Assembly: GCA_035644215.1 (NCBI GenBank)
Contig: DASQPA010000064.1
Location: 1 to 10,913 of the forward strand
Direction of reading: 5' to 3'
From: Thermoanaerobaculia bacterium
GTDB taxonomy: Bacteria > Acidobacteriota > Thermoanaerobaculia > Multivoradales > UBA5704
Length of the DNA stretch: 10,913 bases
Of this stretch, positions 6,373 to 10,913 are shown one piece after another; position 1 is the first letter of the stretch, and each line of letters starts with the position of its first letter. A program made the translations under genes and the position numbers. The notes under the pieces were generated by a model, which saw nothing but the letters and a program-made list of their open reading frames with translations, was not told the DNA's origin and did no database searches.

Positions 6373-7542
6373 CTACGGCCGGGGATAGGACAAATGCTTC
6401 TGCCGCAGCGTGGCGAGCACCGCCTCGCCGGCCGGGCCGCCGGCCTCGGCGAGCTGACAGCTGCGCCGCATCTCCTCCAGCTCATGGCGCGCCCAAAGTC
6501 CGTCCTCCGAGTCCTCGGCGAGGGTGGCCGCGAGATCGCGCGCCTCGAGATAGGTCGGATCGGTCAACGCGCAATGGTGATCGAGCACCTTCTCCTCGAA
6601 GGCCGACTGCAGTGCCTGAAACCGCGGCCGGAGCCCCGCTCCGCCCGCCTCCATCGGCACGCCGCCGCTCGGGGGCGGGGTCCCTGGCTCTACCGGACCG
6701 CCCACCACCAGCCAGCCGCCAAGGAGGGCGAGACCGCCGGCGGTGGCCGCGGCCAGCCACCACTGCGAGCGCAGGAACGGGATCCGGCGGGGCGTCGCGG
6801 TGCCGGCCGGCGGCAGGACGGCACCGCGACGGGCACGCCGATATGCGAGGCGCAGCGCTCCGGCATCGGTATAGCGTTCGCCGGGCAGGTGGCGTCTCGC
6901 CTTCTCCACCACCGCCATCAGAGCGGCCGCCGGCCGCGGCAGGGCGGCGAGGATTTCGGCGAGCATCTGGCCCAACGCGTAGACATCGGTCGCGCAGGCG
7001 AGCGCGCCGCCTTCGACCTGCTCGGGCGCTCCGTAGGGGAGCGAGTAGGCCCGGAGCCCAGGGCCCCCCGCCCGCCGGGCGATCCCGAAATCGATCAGCA
7101 CCGGTTGCGGGCCGGGGGCGCTCTCGGTGACGAGGACGTTGTCCGGCTTCAAGTCGAGGTGGAGGAAGGGCACCGCACGGTGGTGGAGATAGTCCACCGC
7201 GCCCAACATCTGCTCGAAGAGGTCGAGCACCCGCTCGGCGGCCGCGGCGTTCCTCTGCACCCAGGCGTCGAGCGGCACGCCGTCGACTTTCTCCATCAAC
7301 AGGCAGACCCGCTCCTGGGGGTCGAAGTGGCAGCGCCGGAAGGTCACGATGTTGGGATGCCGCAGCTGCCTCAGAAGCGCCGCCTCCTCGGCGAAGGCGG
7401 CGCGCACGGCGGGGAGAGCGCTCATCTCGGCGTTCAGGCGCTTGAGGATCAGCCTCTCGGGGAGAGCGCTCGCCGCGTCCTCGACCTCGAAGATCTCCGA
7501 AAAGCCGCCGCCCGAAAGGCGGGCGATGATCCGATAGTCCAT
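6373..7542 (-). CDS. Hanks-type Ser/Thr protein kinase, non-RD subclass (HLD instead of HRD), single TM helix and a short periplasmic helical domain; 389 aa.
   Basis: Gly-rich loop LSGGGFSEIFEV; beta3 Lys in LILKRL; catalytic loop HLDLKPDNVLV (Arg of HRD replaced by Leu); DFGIA; APE (YGAPEQ). TM helix WWLAAATAGGLALLGGWLVVGG, then a roughly 100-aa C-terminal domain. ATG at 7542 with GGAG 9 nt upstream. Confidence 0.85.
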   Translation of the reverse strand: MDYRIIARLSGGGFSEIFEVEDAASALPERLILKRLNAEMSALPAVRAAFAEEAALLRQLRHPNIVTFRRCHFDPQERVCLLMEKVDGVPLDAWVQRNAAAAERVLDLFEQMLGAVDYLHHRAVPFLHLDLKPDNVLVTESAPGPQPVLIDFGIARRAGGPGLRAYSLPYGAPEQVEGGALACATDVYALGQMLAEILAALPRPAAALMAVVEKARRHLPGERYTDAGALRLAYRRARRGAVLPPAGTATPRRIPFLRSQWWLAAATAGGLALLGGWLVVGGPVEPGTPPPSGGVPMEAGGAGLRPRFQALQSAFEEKVLDHHCALTDPTYLEARDLAATLAEDSEDGLWARHELEEMRRSCQLAEAGGPAGEAVLATLRQKHLSYPRP

Positions 7543-7562
7543 GCCGCCGGTCTCCGTCCCAG

Positions 7563-9023
7563 TCAGAGCACGCCATGGCTGTGCAGGAAGGAGCGGATGT
7601 CGTCAGCGCTCACCGCCTTGTTGCCGGCGTTGACCGGCTCCTGCATCAGGATTTCCTGGCCCTGCACGTTGATCGATTTCGCCTGCTGGAACTGCTGCGA
7701 GACGATGCCGATGAGCTCGCCTTTGTCGTTAATCACCGCGCCGCCGCTGCTGCCGTGGGTGACCGCGGCGTCGAAGACGACGTAGTTGGCGCCGGTGCTG
7801 CCGGTCAGCGGGTGGGTGACCGTGCCGGCGACGAAGGTGGGGGTCACCTCGGTGATGTTCGACAGGTCGGCGCCGAATCCCGACAGATTGCGGACCTGCG
7901 CCGGCCGCTCGCCCAAGTTGGCCGGATAGCTGATCACCGCGATGCGGTCGGTAACGTGGACGGCGGCATTCGAGGCGACGATCGGCACCTCGTGCGCCGC
8001 CGTCGTCTGGATCTGGACGAGCGCCAAGTCGAACTCGTCCGAGGAGGCGACCAGGGTGGCCTTCAGCGGCTGCTGGCCCGGGAATTGAACCTGCAGTTCG
8101 TCGTACTCGGCCTTGGCCGAGCTCTTGCGCTGAAGGACCTCCCAGTCGGCGAACTGCAGCTTCCAGGGCTCGACCACGTGCTTGGCGGTGAGCACCAGCC
8201 CGGGCCGGACCAGCACACCCGAACCGGTGACGCCGCCGAAGAGCAGAACTTCGCCCGAGGCGAGCGCCACCCCTTGGTTGTTGGAGGCGACGATCTTGGG
8301 CATCTTCACGCGGTAGAGGCAGCGGATGTGCACCGCCGCCGGGCTCACCTTCTTTTCGACGTCCCCCCAGATATTGCCGGCCTGTTGAGTGACCTTTGCG
8401 AGCCGGGTCTGTGTCTCGGAGGTCTCCGCCTTGTGCCGGACCTCCTGACGGTGGTTCCAAAAGAGGAAGGCGGTAAGTCCGCCGCCGGCTAAGACCAGCA
8501 CGGCGAGGAGGCCGGCGGTCAGCCAGACGCCGGTCGAGCGGCGGGTGCTGGCGATCTGGCCGGCGACGGCGTCGCGCTCCTCGCCGCGGGCGCGGTCGAT
8601 CTCGCGCAGGAGAGTCGCCCGGCCGACCGACTCCTTGCCGGCCGCGGGCGGCGGGGCACCGGCCGGAACCGCCGCCGCCGCCGGAGCGTCCGCCATCTCG
8701 AGCACCGCCTGCATCTCCGGACCCTGGCGGGCGAGGCGGATGCGCGAGCCGTCGGCCACCGCGATGCGCTGGAAGGGCGGACAGGGCGCGCCGTTGACGA
8801 AGGTGCCGTTCGAGCTGCGCTTGTCCTCGATGTAGAGGCGCCCCTTCTCCAGGCTCAATTCGGCGTGGGTGGTGCTCACGCTGTCGTCGGCCGTGTCGCT
8901 GAACTTGACGTCGTTCGTCTCGCCGCGGCCGAGTCGCAACACCTGGCCCTCCTTGATGGCGATGCGCTGGCTGCGGCCAGCGAGCGATCCGTTGAGATGC
9001 CTGAGGCTCAGAATCGTCGACAC
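7563..9023 (-). CDS. N-terminal FHA domain - single TM helix - C-terminal trypsin-like (S1/chymotrypsin-fold) serine protease, 486 aa.
   Basis: FHA domain at aa ~25-100: LRLGRGETNDV...STTHAEL...KRSSNGTFVNG. TM helix at aa ~166-189: VWLTAGLLAVLVLAGGGLTAFLFW. The protease domain has catalytic His (LTAKHVV), Asp (DEFDLALV) and a GDSGG-like Ser motif (THGSSGGAVI). GTG start at 9023 with Shine-Dalgarno AGGAGGAG (plus 9029-9036) and a 5-nt spacer. Confidence 0.85.
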   Translation of the reverse strand: MSTILSLRHLNGSLAGRSQRIAIKEGQVLRLGRGETNDVKFSDTADDSVSTTHAELSLEKGRLYIEDKRSSNGTFVNGAPCPPFQRIAVADGSRIRLARQGPEMQAVLEMADAPAAAAVPAGAPPPAAGKESVGRATLLREIDRARGEERDAVAGQIASTRRSTGVWLTAGLLAVLVLAGGGLTAFLFWNHRQEVRHKAETSETQTRLAKVTQQAGNIWGDVEKKVSPAAVHIRCLYRVKMPKIVASNNQGVALASGEVLLFGGVTGSGVLVRPGLVLTAKHVVEPWKLQFADWEVLQRKSSAKAEYDELQVQFPGQQPLKATLVASSDEFDLALVQIQTTAAHEVPIVASNAAVHVTDRIAVISYPANLGERPAQVRNLSGFGADLSNITEVTPTFVAGTVTHPLTGSTGANYVVFDAAVTHGSSGGAVINDKGELIGIVSQQFQQAKSINVQGQEILMQEPVNAGNKAVSADDIRSFLHSHGVL

Positions 9024-9028
9024 CGTCT

Positions 9029-9036
9029 CTCCTCCT
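9029..9036 (-). promoter_or_regulatory. Shine-Dalgarno AGGAGGAG for the FHA-protease gene, which starts at GTG.
   Basis: Plus ctcctcct at 9029-9036, 5 nt upstream of GTG 9023-9021. Confidence 0.7.
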
Positions 9037-9063
9037 GCTCGCCTGTGGGTACGAGCGTGTAGC

Positions 9064-9855
9064 TCATGGAAGGGAAGCGCCGGAAGAAGGCTCGACCGGC
9101 TCGATTTGGAGAAAGATCAGCTCCACTCCACCGCAGCGGATACGGTCGCGGTCGCGCAGAGCGACCGTGCCGTTGGTCGGTACCTCCTCGCCGTTGACGA
9201 AGGTGCCATTGGTCGACATCCGGTCGGCGAGGAAGAAGCTGGTGCCGCGGTGGAGGAGCAAGGCATGCTCGGCGGATACCTGGAGATCGGCGCCCAGACA
9301 GACGTCGCTCGCGCGGTCGCCGCCGATCGTGTTCTTGCCCTGGCGGACGGCGAAAACGGTCCCTCCTGGCCCGAGCGAGGGCGCCGCAAGAACGGCCACC
9401 AGGGGCCGGGAGGCCACCGCCGGGGAGGAAATCGGGGCCGCCGGCGCGGCGATCTCGACGGCCGGGGGCAACCCAGCGGGAGAGCTCGCCTTGCCGGCAT
9501 CCCCCAGGGCACCGGCGAGCATCGTCCGGCGCGGCGCCGCTGACCCCGCCAAGCCCGCCGGCACTGCCTCCAGGCGGGTGGCGCGGCTGCCGCTCGGCAC
9601 CGTCGGCTGGACCACGGTCGGGTTGTAGGAGGAGGGCGACGGTGGGCCGGCGGCGGCCCCTTCGAGCCGGGTGGAGCGCCCCGGACCGTCTCCGCCCGCC
9701 CGCAGGCGGTCACAGTACGGGCAACTGCGCCAGCTGGGATCGATCGGATGCCCAGCGGGGCAGCGCAGGGTCGCCGCCTGCAAGGGAGCGCCGCACATGA
9801 GGCAGGCCGGCTCCGCGTCGGGATTCAGGGTACGACAGCTGGCGCATTCGATCAC
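9064..9855 (-). CDS. Double zinc-ribbon (4x Cys pairs) + Pro/Ala-rich linker + C-terminal FHA domain protein, 263 aa.
   Basis: The N-terminus has two CxxC...CxxC units (CASC...CLMCG; CPAGH...CPYCD). The C-terminus is a canonical FHA domain: GGDRASDVCL...SAEHALLL...MSTNGTFVNGEEV...RDRDRIRCGG. The start is GTG at 9855, preceded by a strong Shine-Dalgarno AAGGAG (plus 9863-9868) with a 7-nt spacer. The GTGA overlap with the PP2C stop implies translational coupling. Confidence 0.8.
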   Translation of the reverse strand: MIECASCRTLNPDAEPACLMCGAPLQAATLRCPAGHPIDPSWRSCPYCDRLRAGGDGPGRSTRLEGAAAGPPSPSSYNPTVVQPTVPSGSRATRLEAVPAGLAGSAAPRRTMLAGALGDAGKASSPAGLPPAVEIAAPAAPISSPAVASRPLVAVLAAPSLGPGGTVFAVRQGKNTIGGDRASDVCLGADLQVSAEHALLLHRGTSFFLADRMSTNGTFVNGEEVPTNGTVALRDRDRIRCGGVELIFLQIEPVEPSSGASLP

Positions 9856-10733
9856 AGGGTCTCTCCTTGGAAGGTCTCGCCGCCGCCCGCCGGGAATGCC
9901 TCGACCCGGGTGATGCGCCGGCCTCGTCCCGAGCTCTCGGCGCAGGTCACCCGCAGGTAGCCGACCGTGATGTTGTCCGCGCTGTGCGCCGCCAAGGCGG
10001 CGTCGAGAAGCCGTTGGCAGATCTCGGCTGTGGACCCGGAACTCGCCGCGAGGACGACGATCTGGGCGATCTCGTCATCGGGCAGGGCGCCGTGCAGGCC
10101 GTCCGACGAGAGCAGGATGAGGTCGCCGGAGTTGAGCGCAAGCGGCACTTGCACCTCGGGCTCCAGAGGTCCGGACTGGCCGATGGCACGCTGGATCACG
10201 TTGCTGTCGGGGTGGCCGAACGCCTCCTCTTCGGCGAGCAGCCCGTCGCGCACCATCTGGCCGACCAACGAATGGTCGGAGGTCAAGCGGGTGAACGCCC
10301 GCCCACGCAGGAGATAGGCGCGGCTGTCGCCCGCATGGGCCAGGTGGAGCATCGGCTGGCCGGGCTCGCCGGCGGCGACCGCCATCACCGCGGTGGCTCC
10401 CATACCCTCGGCGCCGCCGCGTGCGGCCGTGGCGCGCACCGCCTCCTGGGAGGCGGCGAAGGCCTGCCGAAGCCGGTCCTCCCAGGCCAGACTGTCGCCT
10501 CCCGGCCGCTGCAGCACCTCGACGGCCACCCGCAAGACGATCTCCGCCGCCTCGCGGCCCGCCGCGTGACCGCCCATTCCATCGACAACGAGGAGCACCC
10601 CCTCTCCCGCCTCGCCCTGCCAGGCGGCCGCCGCGTCCTGGTTCTCCTCCCGCACCGGACCGCAGATTGAGACCACGTCCATCTCGATTCGATCCGCCGG
10701 GCGGCCGGTCTGCGGCATGAGCGGTGGGTTCAT
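9852..10733 (-). CDS. PP2C-family Ser/Thr protein phosphatase, about 293 aa. I take ATG at 10733; ATG at 10718 or 10682 (MDVVSICGPVREENQD, the canonical PP2C N-terminus) are alternatives.
   Basis: Minus-strand translation carries classic PP2C metal-binding motifs: LLVVDGMGGHAAG, HAGDSRAYLL, LLSSDGLHG, DNITVGYL. The N-terminal R-x-x-NQD motif is also present. GGGAG lies 6 nt upstream of ATG 10733. The stop TGA (9852-9854) overlaps the GTG start of the next gene. The track ORF 9852..10838 starts at TTG with a Pro/Arg-rich, non-protein-like extension, so I trimmed it to the Shine-Dalgarno-preceded ATG. Confidence 0.85.
   Translation of the reverse strand: MNPPLMPQTGRPADRIEMDVVSICGPVREENQDAAAAWQGEAGEGVLLVVDGMGGHAAGREAAEIVLRVAVEVLQRPGGDSLAWEDRLRQAFAASQEAVRATAARGGAEGMGATAVMAVAAGEPGQPMLHLAHAGDSRAYLLRGRAFTRLTSDHSLVGQMVRDGLLAEEEAFGHPDSNVIQRAIGQSGPLEPEVQVPLALNSGDLILLSSDGLHGALPDDEIAQIVVLAASSGSTAEICQRLLDAALAAHSADNITVGYLRVTCAESSGRGRRITRVEAFPAGGGETFQGETL
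9863..9868 (-). promoter_or_regulatory. Shine-Dalgarno AAGGAG for the zinc-ribbon-FHA gene, which starts at GTG, embedded in the 3' end of the PP2C gene.
   Basis: Plus ctcctt at 9863-9868, 7 nt upstream of GTG 9855-9853. Confidence 0.65.
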
Positions 10734-10739
10734 TGGGGT

Positions 10740-10744
10740 CTCCC
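10740..10744 (-). promoter_or_regulatory. Shine-Dalgarno GGGAG for the PP2C gene, the first gene of the operon.
   Basis: Plus ctccc at 10740-10744, 6 nt upstream of ATG 10733-10731. Confidence 0.55.
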
Positions 10745-10913
10745 AGGGTTCGGGCGGCGGCCGATCCGCCGCCGTTCTCCTAGACACCGGATCGCCGCGA
10801 ATGTTGAGCCCGGGAGAGCGACCTCCAGGACCCAACAAAACAGCCGCCTTCAGGGTCTCAATAGGACGAAATGCGCGCCGTATGGACCGTCCACGACCGA
10901 CCCTTGGCCCGGC

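Noticed and set aside
5178-7785. Two overlapping plus-strand ORFs (650 aa and 639 aa) and minus-strand ORFs 5260..6288 and 6482..7576 in other frames
   Set aside because: All are Arg/Pro/Gly/Ala-rich, overlap the well-supported secreted-protein and kinase 2 genes, and lack Shine-Dalgarno sequences and domain-like sequence. They are high-GC artefacts.
7729-8460. 243-aa minus-strand ORF nested in the protease gene, and ORF 9117..9713 nested in the zinc-ribbon-FHA gene
   Set aside because: These are alternative frames of well-supported genes. The translations are Arg/Gly/Pro-rich with no motifs.
1-10913. Searched for tRNA/rRNA, CRISPR repeats, transposase/integrase genes and terminal inverted repeats
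   Set aside because: No regularly spaced direct repeats, cloverleaf-like tRNA candidates, or recombinase-like ORFs were seen. Only low-complexity GC-rich codon repeats typical of a high-GC genome are present.

Overview
This window is about 69-70% GC and is almost completely filled by one tightly packed, nine-gene operon on the minus strand (about 10745 to 166). Gene junctions are 17-76 nt or 4-nt start/stop overlaps, and most genes have a good GGAGG-type Shine-Dalgarno sequence.

The operon encodes a complete Ser/Thr phospho-signalling set, in transcription order:
- a PP2C phosphatase
- a double-zinc-ribbon + FHA protein
- an FHA-TM-trypsin-like (S1) serine protease
- a non-RD Hanks-type membrane kinase
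- a secreted protein with an Ala/Pro-rich linker
- a second, RD-type Hanks membrane kinase
- a secreted glycine-zipper protein
- an SPFH/band-7 membrane protein with a C-terminal FHA domain
- a CHAT (caspase-like) peptidase with an unrecognised roughly 150-aa N-terminal domain

This gives two kinases (writers), one phosphatase (eraser), three FHA phosphothreonine readers each fused to a different effector or scaffold module, and two proteases. This exact combination is not a system I can name. I flag it as a candidate kinase-gated proteolytic switch at the cell envelope (stress, cell-fate or defence) that deserves neighbourhood-conservation and structural analysis.

No rRNA, tRNA, CRISPR array, or transposase/integrase gene was seen. 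The many long antisense or out-of-frame ORFs in the supplied track are high-GC artefacts.
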